Under the pieces are notes generated by a model, which worked only from the letters and a program-made list of their open reading frames with translations, was not told the origin of the DNA and did no database searches. Of a stretch of 64,000 bases of DNA, positions 28,271 through 44,012 are shown piece by piece (positions within the stretch are counted from its first letter, which is position 1; the number at the start of each line of letters is the position of its first letter). Both the position numbers and the translations under genes were made by a program. The stretch is from Deltaproteobacteria bacterium (GTDB lineage Bacteria; Myxococcota_A; UBA9042; PHBI01): positions 307 to 64,306 of the forward strand of contig SBGO01000716.1 of NCBI GenBank assembly GCA_006226565.1, read 5' to 3'.

Positions 28271-29962
28271 TCATGCTCCCCCGAAGAGAGCGTCGAACTC
28301 CGCTGCGGGTAGATCGAAGAGCCGCAGCGCCGCCTCTCGGATGCGACTGCTGCGCTCCTCGATCAGCGTCGGAAACATCCCCTCCTGCACAAGATCCCAC
28401 GACAGGAGTCGCTCGGCCATGTCCTGCTCCGTGTAGGCCGGCGCATCCCCTCCGGGCTCAGCGAACCACTTGTGGGGCGGCTTGTCCGTCTTGTTGCGGT
28501 TGTCCTTGCCCCGGAGGAAGTGGAAGTTGGCGTAGTGGTTGATCTGCTCCTCCGAAACACCTGCGTCGCGAAGCCGCGCCTTGGGGAAGATGTGATCCCG
28601 CTCCAGCGCGTCCGGGTTCCCGTCGACCGTGATTCCGCCATGAGCAATGTTGAGCGCCAGGTCCACGTGGGCGTTGAGCAGCTGTTCCAGTGTCGTGATG
28701 GGCCGATGGTAGGCCGTCTCGCGCGCGAGCGCCTCGAGCGGGAATGGCCCCTGTCCATGACAGTGTCGCCGGGTGAAGCTGCCCATCCGGGCCTCGGCAC
28801 CGGAGAAAACGCCGCCCATCAGCGCGATGTACAAGCCGGTGACCAGCCGCTTGTTCTCCGCCTGATTCGGCTCCGGGTTGCGCGCCAGATGCACGACAAA
28901 CGGAAGCAGCGTGTTGGTCGCACGACGGAAGAAGCGCGGTGAGTAGATTCGGCAGCGGTCCCGAAGGAGCACGGCCAAGCGATTCCATGCCGGTCCGAGT
29001 AGCTCGAGCGCACCTTCGAGCCTCGGCGCGATGTCTCGGACGCGGTCGCGGTCGGAGACGAGCCGATCGAAGCGAGAGTCTTCTCCGATGAGGAGCAACG
29101 TGGACTTGAGGACCATGTCGCGGTCGATCGGGACCGGTGAGAGCGCTGATGCCTCGTGCGCGACCTTCAGCAGCGCCGGCTGCACGTCGTTCCACGACAG
29201 ATCCAGCAGGCTCATCAGCAGGTCGGACTTCTGCAGCACGAGCCCACCGGAGTTCACCCGGACGAACACCTCGAGGATCTCCTCGATAGGCGTATGGGTC
29301 TGACCGTACTCGTCGATGACGATGACCTGCAGCGGCTTCTCAGAGCGGACGACGGCCGCTGCCCGGTTGACCGTGTCCATCAGCCGCGTCCGGCGGGCCT
29401 CGTCCAGGCTCAGCTCGCTCGCGAGCGTGAAGGCGTAGTTGAGCGCGCGTGTCGGATCGATGGACGCCAGGTCCTCGAACAGGATGAACCGGTGCTTGAC
29501 CTGCCCGTGCTCGTCGACCTCGGCGTTCAGCTGGGTGACCTCGGTGCCCGCCAGAAACCGGAAGTCGTAGTACATGTCGCCGGGGTCCTTGTGGTCGGAC
29601 GACCCGCTCAGGACGTCGAGGTAGGCCCGTCGATGGTCCAGTGAACCTCGGAGCGCGATGTACATCGAGGTCAGCCGCTGCTGGCCGTCCAGGACGTACT
29701 TCAGGCGCCGCTGACCGTCCGCCGTCGGGAAGTTGATGATCGCCTTGTCGCCCGTGAAGACGTCCTTCGTGAACGGCCGGTAGCGTTGTGCCTCCTCCGT
29801 GTCCCACACGAGCAGGGAGCCCAGGGGGAACAGCCGCATCAGGCTGTCCATCAGGCGCAGGATGCGCTCCTCCTGCCACACGAACGGGCGCTGCATCGCC
29901 GGCAGGACGAGCTCGCGGTCGTCCACCATCTGGATCAGCGTGCGAATCACCATCGACTTCAT
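28271..29962 (-). CDS. GmrSD/BrxU-like type IV restriction enzyme (DUF262 ParB-like NTPase plus DUF1524 HNH-like nuclease)
   Basis: DUF262 motifs LPAMQRPFVW and DGQQRLTS. C-terminal DUF1524 motif ERDHIFPKA...HYANFHFLRGKDNRNK. Confidence 0.8.
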   Translation of the reverse strand: MKSMVIRTLIQMVDDRELVLPAMQRPFVWQEERILRLMDSLMRLFPLGSLLVWDTEEAQRYRPFTKDVFTGDKAIINFPTADGQRRLKYVLDGQQRLTSMYIALRGSLDHRRAYLDVLSGSSDHKDPGDMYYDFRFLAGTEVTQLNAEVDEHGQVKHRFILFEDLASIDPTRALNYAFTLASELSLDEARRTRLMDTVNRAAAVVRSEKPLQVIVIDEYGQTHTPIEEILEVFVRVNSGGLVLQKSDLLMSLLDLSWNDVQPALLKVAHEASALSPVPIDRDMVLKSTLLLIGEDSRFDRLVSDRDRVRDIAPRLEGALELLGPAWNRLAVLLRDRCRIYSPRFFRRATNTLLPFVVHLARNPEPNQAENKRLVTGLYIALMGGVFSGAEARMGSFTRRHCHGQGPFPLEALARETAYHRPITTLEQLLNAHVDLALNIAHGGITVDGNPDALERDHIFPKARLRDAGVSEEQINHYANFHFLRGKDNRNKTDKPPHKWFAEPGGDAPAYTEQDMAERLLSWDLVQEGMFPTLIEERSSRIREAALRLFDLPAAEFDALFGGA

Positions 29963-29995
29963 TCAGCGGCTCCTCTCCATCTTGGCGTGTTCGGC

Positions 29996-32900
29996 TCAGC
30001 CATCGGACCTCCGGTACTTCGTGCCGCGACCCTGCCCCTCGGTCACGGCGCGGCCCTCGTCGACCAAGCGCTTCAGGTGTGGGCGCACGCCGGCGGCATC
30101 GAGGCCGGTGGCCCGCTGGGCGTCGCCCGAGGTGATGAGGCCGCGGGCCTCGAGCAGGCGGGCGATGGTGTCGTAGGCGCCGTCGTCGGAGGGGGGCGCC
30201 GGCCGCGGCGTGGGGCGCGGAGCCGCCGCCGGCTTCTCGGGGGCCGGGCCGAGGCCGGCGAAAAGCGGACCGAGACTCTGGTTCGTCGGCGCGTCCGCGC
30301 CCGCGACGGGCAGGTCGATGACCGGCTTCGGCAGGCACTCGTTGAGCGGGATGTCCCAGTAGGGGTCGTGCTTCTTCGTGAAGGCCTCGAGGCCGATGGC
30401 CTTCAGCTCATCGAAGGCGGACAGACAGAGTTCCGGTGCCTTCGGGTAGCTCTTGTGACTGAACGTCGAGAGCACGTGCTCGTACTGCGCCCGGTCGAGC
30501 CCGTAGGCGTCGGCCACTACTGCGTCGATGGCCGCGCGGACGGCCCAGCGGGCGTCGTCGCCCTCGAGGACGGGCCAGGTGTGCTTCGGCGTCGGCTCGC
30601 GCCACGCGTCGCCGAACTGCTCGGTCCATAGCGGAGCATAGAGCGTATTGACCGCGGAAAGCCTGACCGCTGCGCGCGCTGCGAACGAGCCCGCCATGGC
30701 TGCCAGGTCTGGCCAAGGCAGCGTCCTCAACACGCCAAGGTTGAGGTTCGCCTGGACGACTCGCCGTGCGGCGAAGTCAAACGCGAAGGAGTTGAAACAT
30801 GCAAGAGCCACACAGACATTCGCCGTAGGACGATTGGACGGCTCGTGCTCGACCCGCAGAGAGTCGCCTGCCACCGCGCCAGGTGGAAGAAGTACCGCGC
30901 GGGCAGAGCGCTCATTCGTGGCTACCAATCCGCACGTTGCACGCCACGCGAACCGATAGTGGCAAAGTGCTCCATACAGTCGCGCAATCCTGACATGGTC
31001 GAGCAGAGCCACCTCGGCAACTGCTGGCTCCCACTTCCCCGATTTCTCCGTGGGAAGTGGGTCGTAGTCACGCATACTCTTGCCGCCGTAAAGCGGTGCG
31101 GCGCCAAGTGTCAGCAGCACCCCGATGACATCGGGTCGTCGAGCGTCATCAGCGCCAGGCACGATGTCGCGAAGTCGTCTCAACGCGTCTTTGTCGTTGG
31201 TGCGATGGATGTCGGCAGCCGCCTTGACTCCCAAGTCGCAAATGCCCTGCAACGCATCGAGCCGCGAGGCGAGTTCAAAACCCGTGTTCGCACGGTGGAA
31301 GACCTTTGTGAGATCGCCGTCATCGGAAAGCGCAAATGCAACCGCGGATGGCTCGAATGAAGAAACGCCGCCGCCAGCGAGTAGGTCCTCAAAGCGCTGG
31401 CATTCCATCCCCATGTGGACGGAAACACGCTTGCCGCCGCGAGCACCCACCAAGCATACGAACGAGACACGGGATGACGCGCCGCCGAAGAGCTGGCGCA
31501 GGTTCAAGTAGTGCACGAACCACTGGACGGCCAGGGCCTCGAACAACCAGATTCGCAGAGGCCGGTCGGCCGGGACTTTCGCCAAGCCACCACCGACCAC
31601 GAAGCCGAGGCGCCCCCCCGTTGGACTCAGCACCGCGCTAGAGCGGAGCATGAAGAGGCGGTATAGGTCGGGATCCGACGTCGCGGCCGCGACTTCTTGT
31701 GCGCGAGTCTCCGCGGACACGACGCCGAGAGCTCCGCGCTTCTCCTGCTCGACTACCTTCGCGTACTCCCTCGCCAGCGGATGCGTGTCGAACACCTCTT
31801 CGAGGACGTGATGCTCTGAGCCGACCCCCGCTGACTCCTTGCCTTCCATGTAGGCCGGGTCGATGGCAGCCAAGAAGTCTCGTCGTTCTATCCGCAGCTT
31901 GTCCCAAGGCGGGTTGCCCAGCACAGCATCGAATCCGCTGCGTCCCGGACGACCGTCGAGGAACACCTCGGGGAACGCCAGCTGAAACGCGAGCGACGCT
32001 CGGCCTGTCTCGACCATTCTGAGCAACCGCGGGCGCGGAGCCAGCGCGCGGCCCGCGTCCTCGCCCCGCGCCACCGCCTGTGCTAACGCCTGGTACCCGG
32101 CGTCGTCGCACTCGTCCCCGAGCATTACCCCGCCGCTCCACGCGGCCGCCAGCGTCTTTAGCGGGGCCAACATTGCGTCGAGCTTCTCCTTCGCTGTGCG
32201 CTTCCGCTCCAGGTCGGCCACGTCCTTGCCGACACTGGCATCCAGATCGCGCACATGGACCAACGCCGCAGTCAGTGTGGCATCGAGCAACTCGGTCAGC
32301 CCCTGGGCGAAGAGGTCGTCGAGTTTCTCGCCGCTCTTCGGGTAGGCCAGCAGGTGCTCGAAGAAGGGCCCGGTCAGCGAATCGCCCTGGATGAGCCGGT
32401 GATCCATGAAGGTCAGCGGCAGCCCCTCGGCATAGCTCTCCAGCCACAGCGAGAGCTTGGCCAGCTCGACCGCAAGCGGGTTCTTGTCCACGCCGTAGAG
32501 GCAGTGCACCGCCACCAGGCGCCGGCACAGGGCCTCGGCCTTCCGCTGCGACAGGCCGCTCTCTTCGCCTTCGGCCGCGCGACTCGGCAGGTACGCCACC
32601 AGTTCGTCCTCGGGATCGGGCAGGTCCTCGACGCGCTTGCGTAGCTCGGCGGCGTGGGCGAGCAGCGCCTCGTGCTCGGCCTCCGCGACCTTCGCGGCCT
32701 GCTCCTCGGCCTGCACGGCCAGCTCGTCGCACAAACGGCAGGCCTCGTAGAGCGCTTCGCCGAGGTAGCGGCACGCTTCGACCAGGAAGTGGCCGCTACC
32801 CATGGCAGGGTCCAACACCTTCAGCTCGAGGATGCGGCCGGGGTGCGGGTCCTCCTTGGGGCTGCGCTCGGCGAGCTGGGGCTCGAGCGTCTCCTGCACC

Positions 32901-34473
32901 AGGAAGCGCACGAACGGGTGCGGCGTGTAGTAGCTGCCGCTTGCCTTGCGCCCCAGGCCCACCCGCAGGAAGAAGCGCCCGGCCGGAATCTCCTCGATGA
33001 ACTGGACCTTGGTCTTGCTGCCCGCGGCCGCCTTGCCGCGGCGCTTGGGGGCCTCGTCCTCTTCGCCGTCGTCGGCGTCGTCCGTGTCGCTGTCTTCGTC
33101 GTCGTCCAGGTCGGTTGGCGCGAGGTCGGTGCGGTAGGGCAACCCCTGCGACACCGGCACGACCACCTCGAGTTTGGCCCGTCGCAGGCGGCACATGGCC
33201 TCGGTGGTAATGCCCGGCTCGAGCTCCAGCAGGGCCTCGTAGACGCGGCCAAGATCCTCGACGTCGAGGGCGCCGTAGTGCACGCGCTCGCGTTCTGTCC
33301 TGCCGTCGCCGGGTGTCCACAAGAGCGCGTCGAGCAGGCGGGCCACGCCGCGCTCGCCCCAGGTCAGCCGGTCGAGCAGCGGGGTGGCGTCGCGGCCGAA
33401 GAGCATGCCGCCCAGGGGCCGGATCTCGAGCTCGCTGGAGCTCATGCCATTGGCGAACATCCGCCAGAGCGCGCGCAGGCCGGACTCGAGGAAACCGCCA
33501 CTGTCGGCACCGTCGTCGAGCACCCGCCGCACCAGGCGCGCGAGCGCCGTGTTGGGCGAGTAGGTGTTTCGCCACAGGCTGGTGGCCGCGAAGCTGAAGG
33601 CGCGGGCGGGGTCGGCGGACGACTCCAGCTTGAAGACGAAGAGCAGCCGGTAGACGAGGATCAGGCCCTCGCGCCACAGCGCCCGCGCCAGCTCGCCCGC
33701 GTCGGTCCACTCGGCGCGGACGGCGGCGTTGTCGGGGTGATCCAGCAGCTCCTGCAAGAAGCCCTCGATGGCGCGGCGGGCCTGCAGCCGCAGCTTCTTG
33801 GTGACGGTGCTCTGAGCGAGCCGCGCGGCCTCGGCCAGATCGGGCACCACCGCGACGCCGTCGGGCGAGGCCAGCGCGAGCAGCAGCCGATACGAGTCGG
33901 GGACGCCGCGCGCCGCGCGCCAGCCGCCTGACCGGTCGAGGCGCACGGCGATGTGGCTGTCGGGCCGTGCCGGATCGCAGAGCAGCAGGCGCAGCTCTTC
34001 ACCGTCGGTGAGCAGGCCTACCCGCTCGCCGCTGGCCAGCAGCACGCGCTGGGCCACGCGGCTCGGGCTGAAGCGGTAGGCCCGGCCGCGACGGCTGGGC
34101 GCGTCGAGGTCGGTGCCGAGGCCCACCGACCAGGCGCGCAGCTTGCGCCCGTCCTCCGATGTAAAGAGCCAGCCACCGTCCTCGGGGCCCTCGCGGGTGA
34201 TGACCTCGGCCTGCGACTCGAAGGCGGCGTAGCCCAGGCGCTCGGCGAGGGGCTCGAGGACGTGGCTCGCCACGCGGCGGTCGCCGCCCTGCTCGCCGAG
34301 GGCCCGCAGTTTGCGACGGTAGACGTCCCAGCGGTCCTGGAGCGCGCGCCCCTCGTCGCCCGTGGTCTTCGGCAGCAGCTTGCGTTTGGTCAGCTCGGCC
34401 TCGAGCTGGAACTTGACGAACGGCTCGGGCAGCGCCGGCCCGAAGAAGGTGCAGTCGCGGAGATCGAAGGCCA

Positions 34474-34474
<1 letters not shown>
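29996..34474 (-). CDS. Large N6-adenine DNA methyltransferase (gamma-class, Eco57I/DrmMI/PglX-like), about 1490 aa
   Basis: Motif I VLDPAMGSGHFLVEA and motif IV VLGNPPW, with YYTPHPFVRFLV before motif I. Start assigned to ATG 34474 (MAFDLRDC), which overlaps the SNF2 stop as TGATG. The ORF-track start at 34690 is an Arg/Pro-rich extension. Confidence 0.75.
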
Positions 34475-37887
<3,413 letters not shown>

Positions 37888-38154
37888 AACCCGCTTACCA
37901 CGGGCAACCGCCCGCGCTCAATCCGACCTGCCTGTCACGGCTCCGTTTCAGGCAAGGGCAGTCGGCTCCAGCACGGGGCACCACATGGCTGTCAGAAGGG
38001 GTGTGCTCCAAGCACGAACCAGGACGCCCACCTCCAACGCGTCGACGTGTGCGTGGTTCCGTCAGGCTCGGTCCCTGACGCGGGTCCCGGTGGTGATTGA
38101 CGTTCGTCCGGACCGCGTGCGACCGTCCTCTGAGAAACTCCGAGGCTGACCGCG

Positions 38155-39763
<1,609 letters not shown>

Positions 39764-39774
<11 letters not shown>

Positions 39775-40735
39775 GCTCGTCGCGGCCGCCCTGGGCTGCG
39801 TGGCGCTACTCGCCGCTACGCCACCATTTGCGCGGGCGGCCGCCCCACCCGACGCACCGCCACCGGCCGCAGTCGAGCGCCCCGTCCAGGACGTCATCGA
39901 TGCCGCCAAGGCCGCGTTCGAGGACGGACGTTACGAGGAGGCCTTCGCAGGCTTCGAGGAAGCCCAGAAGCGGACCGGACAGGTAGGAATCTTCTACCCG
40001 ATCGCGCGCTGCTACGAAGAGCTCGACCGGCTCGAGGAGGCGCTGGCAGCCTACGAGCGCGTCGCCGCCGCCGAGTCCGTCCCCGCGGCAGCGCGCGGCA
40101 AGGCGGACACAGCGGCGCGCCTCCTTCGCGACCGGCTCGCCACCGGGCGCCTGGTTCTGCAGGTGTCACCGTTCGGCGCGACGGTCCTCGTCGACGGCGC
40201 GGTCGTCGGCACCGCTCCCGTCGAGCCTCTCGACGTCGCGCCGGGCAAACACACGGTCGCGGTGCGCCGCGTCGGGTTCTCAACGATGACCCGGGACGTC
40301 GATGTGCAGGGCGCCCGCACCGCCACCGTCGTCGTGGAGCTCGCGGCGGCGGTCGAGAAGCCCGTCGAGCCCCCCGACGACGGCGCGTCGTTCTGGCCCT
40401 GGGTCACGCTCGGCGTAGGCGGCGCCGTCTCCATCGGAGGCGCGATCTCGGTGTGGTCAGGTGAGCAAGACCACCTCGAGATCACGCAGGCCGAGGGCTA
40501 CTCCGAAGGGCAGCTCGTCGACATGTCTCGGGACCGCGCCCTGGCCCTCGAGGCGAGCGGCGACGACAAGAAGCTCGTCGGGTGGATCCTCGTCGGCGTC
40601 GGGAGCGCGGTCATGGTCGGCTCCGCCGTCTGGCTCGCGTTGGACGCGCCACCCGAGGGCGAAGGAACGACAGTCGTGCCGACGGCGAGCGTGACCCCGG
40701 GCGGGGCGGCGCTCGGCGCCGTGGGGAGGTTCTAG
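39764..40735 (+). CDS. Secreted TPR-like/PEGA-domain protein with a C-terminal TM segment
   Basis: Signal peptide. PEGA-like VLVDGAVVGTAPVEPLDVAPGKHTVAVRRVGF. Overlaps the kinase stop. Confidence 0.6.
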
Positions 40736-41371
40736 ATGCGGGCTCTACGCTTGGGCCTCGTGGGCGTGATGCTGGTGCTCGCCAGCTGCACGAACCCGGA
40801 CCTGAACGGAAAGGTCTACCCGTGCGGCGAAGGTGGCGCATGCGGGTCTGGATACTCGTGCGTCGACGGGCTCTGCCGCCCCGAAGGCTGGACGCCCCCC
40901 GCCGACACGACCGAGGCGGATACGACCTCGCCCGACACTTTCATTTCCGACACGACCATGGTCGACACCTCCGATGACGACACCGTCGCACCGGACACGG
41001 TCGAGCTGGACACCGTCGTGGCAACCGACACGGTTGAGGTGGACACGACCGACACGGTCGAGGCGGACACCACCGACATTGTCGAGGCGGACACCGCCGA
41101 CACGGTCGAGGCGGACACGATGGTCGCAGATACAGTCGAGTTCGACACTGTGGCGGCCGACACCGAGATCGGCGACACGACGACGGTTGAGGACACGGTG
41201 GTTGGCGACACGACAGTCGGTGGGTGGCTCGTGCGTGAGGGGACGTGGCCCACCTTCACAGGCGAGAGCGTGTCCACGAGCGGCTGGCGTCTGGTCCCGA
41301 CAGGGTCCGGCCAGCGGTTCACCGGCTCGAGCGTGTCCACGAGCGGCTGGCGACTCACACCCACGCAGTGA
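40736..41371 (+). CDS. Lipoprotein with acidic tandem repeats
   Basis: Lipobox LVLASC. About ten DT(V/I)E(A/V/L)DT repeats. Duplicated C-terminal 20-mer FTGESVSTSGWRLVPT / FTGSSVSTSGWRLTPT. Confidence 0.6.
   Translation: MRALRLGLVGVMLVLASCTNPDLNGKVYPCGEGGACGSGYSCVDGLCRPEGWTPPADTTEADTTSPDTFISDTTMVDTSDDDTVAPDTVELDTVVATDTVEVDTTDTVEADTTDIVEADTADTVEADTMVADTVEFDTVAADTEIGDTTTVEDTVVGDTTVGGWLVREGTWPTFTGESVSTSGWRLVPTGSGQRFTGSSVSTSGWRLTPTQ
40960..41220 (+). repeat. Degenerate tandem DNA repeat with an 18-bp period (gacacggtcgaggcggac-type) encoding the DTVEADT repeats
   Basis: Repeated gacac(g/c)gtcga(g/c)g(c/t)ggac units are visible in the sequence. Confidence 0.5.
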
Positions 41372-41423
41372 GGGCAGCGGCGATGAGCTACGGCAGAGGC
41401 ATCGACGTCCGGGGAGGCGAGCG

Positions 41424-44012
41424 ATGACGACATGGCGATGGGTTTTCGTGGCGCTGGTCTGCGTCGTCGGCTGGGCTCCCGGCGCGGCGCTCGCGGTCCC
41501 GCCCGGCGTCCCCTACAGCGGCTATCTCGAAGACGCCGCTGGGACACCCTACGAAGGCGCGCTCGACGTAGAGGCGACGCTCTTCGACGTCGCAGACGGG
41601 GGCGACGCGCTGTGGGGACCGGTGGTCCTCGCAGGGGTGACCGCCGTGGGCGGCCACTTCGAGGTCGTGCTCGACGACGCGGGCGCGCCGCTCGGTGAGG
41701 CTCTGGCGGGCCTGGGTGACGCGTACTTCGCGTTCCGCGTGAAGCCTGCGGGCGAGGACTGGATCGCCCTCGAAGGCATGCAGCGCCTGGGTTCCGTGGC
41801 GTTCGCCCATCACGCCGGCAACGCCGAGCGGCTGGGGGGCGTGGACGCCGCCGAGTTCCTGACCTCGGACGAGATCGCCGGGACCTACGCGAAGGCGAGC
41901 GACCTGGCCGCGGTGGCGACCAGCGGCGACTACGCGGACCTGACCAACCGGCCGGACCTGTCAGGCTACGCGCTGACCGCCGACCTCGCCGGCGTCTGCT
42001 TCTCCGGCTCGTACAATGATCTCGTCGGCGAGCCTGATCTGTCAGTCTTTGTAACGATCGACGCTCTCGCCGCGGTCGCGACGACTGGGAGCTATGCGGA
42101 TCTCACGAACCGGCCCGACCTATCGGTCTACGCGCTGACCTCGAACCTATCGGTGGTCGCCACGACCGGGCAGTACGCGGACCTGCTCGGCAAGCCCGAC
42201 CTCAGCGTCTACGCGCCCCTGTCGTCGCTCGCGACGGTCGCGATGAGCGGGAGCTACTTCGACGTCTTGGGCGCGCCGGACCCGGACGCGCTGGTCTGGC
42301 GCGACGGTAGCAAGGCACTGACCGGGGACCTCGACCTTGCCGGCCACGCGCTGAAGAACGCGGCGCTGCATCCGAGCGCGGATCCGCCTTCCGACCCCGT
42401 CGTCGGTCAGCTCTGGTTCGACACGGCGACCCAGGTCCTGCGCGTCTACACCGACGCCCGCTGGCAGGGCATCAGCGGCTCCGTCAGCCTGCCTCCCGAC
42501 GGTCTGTCGACCGTGTCGAACGGGACCCTGACCAACGTGTTCACGGCCGGCGGAACGAGCACCGACGTCCCCATTGACATCCCCGACAACTACCCGCCGG
42601 GTGTCGTCGCGAGCCTGACCATCGACGACAGCGGCACGCTGCGCTCGCTGTCCGTCCATGTCGCCATCACCCACCCCGAAGCCACCGAGCTGAGGTTGGT
42701 GCTCACCGCGCCAGGCGGCGAGGAGTTCGTCCTTCACGACAGCGGGGCAGGGACGAGCGGCGGCCTCGACGCCACCTGGCCCCCGACGGCGCTCGTCACC
42801 GGCGACTTCGCGGTTCTTGTCGGCACCTCACCTGCCGGCGCATGGACCTTGTCGGTCGCTGACGTCGTGTACTCCGGCGGCGCGCCTGGCGACATCGCCG
42901 GCCAGATGACAGACTTCTCCGTCACCTACGAGGTCCTCCGTGACGACGAGGTTGCGGTCAACGGCACCCTGACCGTGAACGGCGAGGATGTCGCTGGCGA
43001 GCTCGCCTCGCTGCAGACGGAGCTGGCTCAGCTTCAGGAGACCGTTGCGGAGTCCTGGTGCGCGGTAAACTGCGGTCCTGAGACGACGCCGAACGAATGC
43101 GTGGAGGCTCGTTGTGACGGGGCCTCAAGGGCGTGCGCCTTTGACCCAGTTCCGGATGGAACGGCCTGTAGCCTGGGGCATTGCTCAAACGGTGCGTGCG
43201 TGTGCGGCTCGCTGGGCACGGACTGCCCGCCGAGCTTTGAATGCACAAACGATGAGTTCTGTGAGAATGCGGCCACCGGCGAAATCTGGGTACCTGCAGG
43301 TGACTTCTGGATGGGCTGCAATGCGGCCACCGAGCAGTGCCAGCCTGATGCGGACTACCTGCCTCAGCACTTGGTAACTCTCGACTCGTACGCAGTCGAC
43401 CGGCACGAAATCACATCCGAAGAATACGGAGCCTGCGTTGCCGCCGGCGCGTGCCAGCCCCCCAACTCGGGCTCCCTGGCAACCTACGGCCAACCCGCGA
43501 AGGCCCAACATCCGGTCAACTATGTGAATTGGGCGCACGCAGACACCTATTGCGCATGGAGCGGGAAGCCGCAGGGGGTACAGCGGCTCTGCACGGAGGC
43601 CGAATGGGAACGCGCGGCACGCGGTGGTTGCGAGACCATCACTGGAAATTGCGTTGATGGAATGCGAGCTTTCCCGTGGGGTGAAGACGACCCGACACCA
43701 GAACTGGCAAATTACGGAGGCAATGTCGGCGAGACCACGGTTGTCGGCACCTACTCACCGGCAGGCGACTCTCCATACGGCGCCCAGGACATGGGAGGAA
43801 ACGTCTGGGAGTGGGTGAGAGACTGGTACGGCGTCTATCCAGACTACCCAGTCACGAACCCAACTGGTCCCGGGACGGGGACCTACCACATCCTCCGAGG
43901 GGGTCACTGGGGCCTGCCTGCTTCGGGAATGCGCACATCGGGGAGGGTCCACCCACCCAGCTATGCTGCGTATGACGTCGGGTTCCGGTGCTGCCGGACG
44001 ATCGTCCCATGA
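41424..44012 (+). CDS. Secreted protein: phage-tail-fibre-like repeats plus P-domain plus C-terminal formylglycine-generating-enzyme (FGE/SUMF1) domain; paralog 1
   Basis: Signal peptide MTTWRWVFVALVCVVGWAPGAALA. Repeats of the SGDYADLTNRPDLS type. P-domain DIPDNYPPGVVASLTIDDSGTLRSLSVHVAITHPEATELRLVLTAPGG...AWTLSV. FGE motifs HPVNYVNW, RLCTEAEWERAARGG, GNVWEWV, RGGHW and FRCCR. Confidence 0.75.
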   Translation: MTTWRWVFVALVCVVGWAPGAALAVPPGVPYSGYLEDAAGTPYEGALDVEATLFDVADGGDALWGPVVLAGVTAVGGHFEVVLDDAGAPLGEALAGLGDAYFAFRVKPAGEDWIALEGMQRLGSVAFAHHAGNAERLGGVDAAEFLTSDEIAGTYAKASDLAAVATSGDYADLTNRPDLSGYALTADLAGVCFSGSYNDLVGEPDLSVFVTIDALAAVATTGSYADLTNRPDLSVYALTSNLSVVATTGQYADLLGKPDLSVYAPLSSLATVAMSGSYFDVLGAPDPDALVWRDGSKALTGDLDLAGHALKNAALHPSADPPSDPVVGQLWFDTATQVLRVYTDARWQGISGSVSLPPDGLSTVSNGTLTNVFTAGGTSTDVPIDIPDNYPPGVVASLTIDDSGTLRSLSVHVAITHPEATELRLVLTAPGGEEFVLHDSGAGTSGGLDATWPPTALVTGDFAVLVGTSPAGAWTLSVADVVYSGGAPGDIAGQMTDFSVTYEVLRDDEVAVNGTLTVNGEDVAGELASLQTELAQLQETVAESWCAVNCGPETTPNECVEARCDGASRACAFDPVPDGTACSLGHCSNGACVCGSLGTDCPPSFECTNDEFCENAATGEIWVPAGDFWMGCNAATEQCQPDADYLPQHLVTLDSYAVDRHEITSEEYGACVAAGACQPPNSGSLATYGQPAKAQHPVNYVNWAHADTYCAWSGKPQGVQRLCTEAEWERAARGGCETITGNCVDGMRAFPWGEDDPTPELANYGGNVGETTVVGTYSPAGDSPYGAQDMGGNVWEWVRDWYGVYPDYPVTNPTGPGTGTYHILRGGHWGLPASGMRTSGRVHPPSYAAYDVGFRCCRTIVP

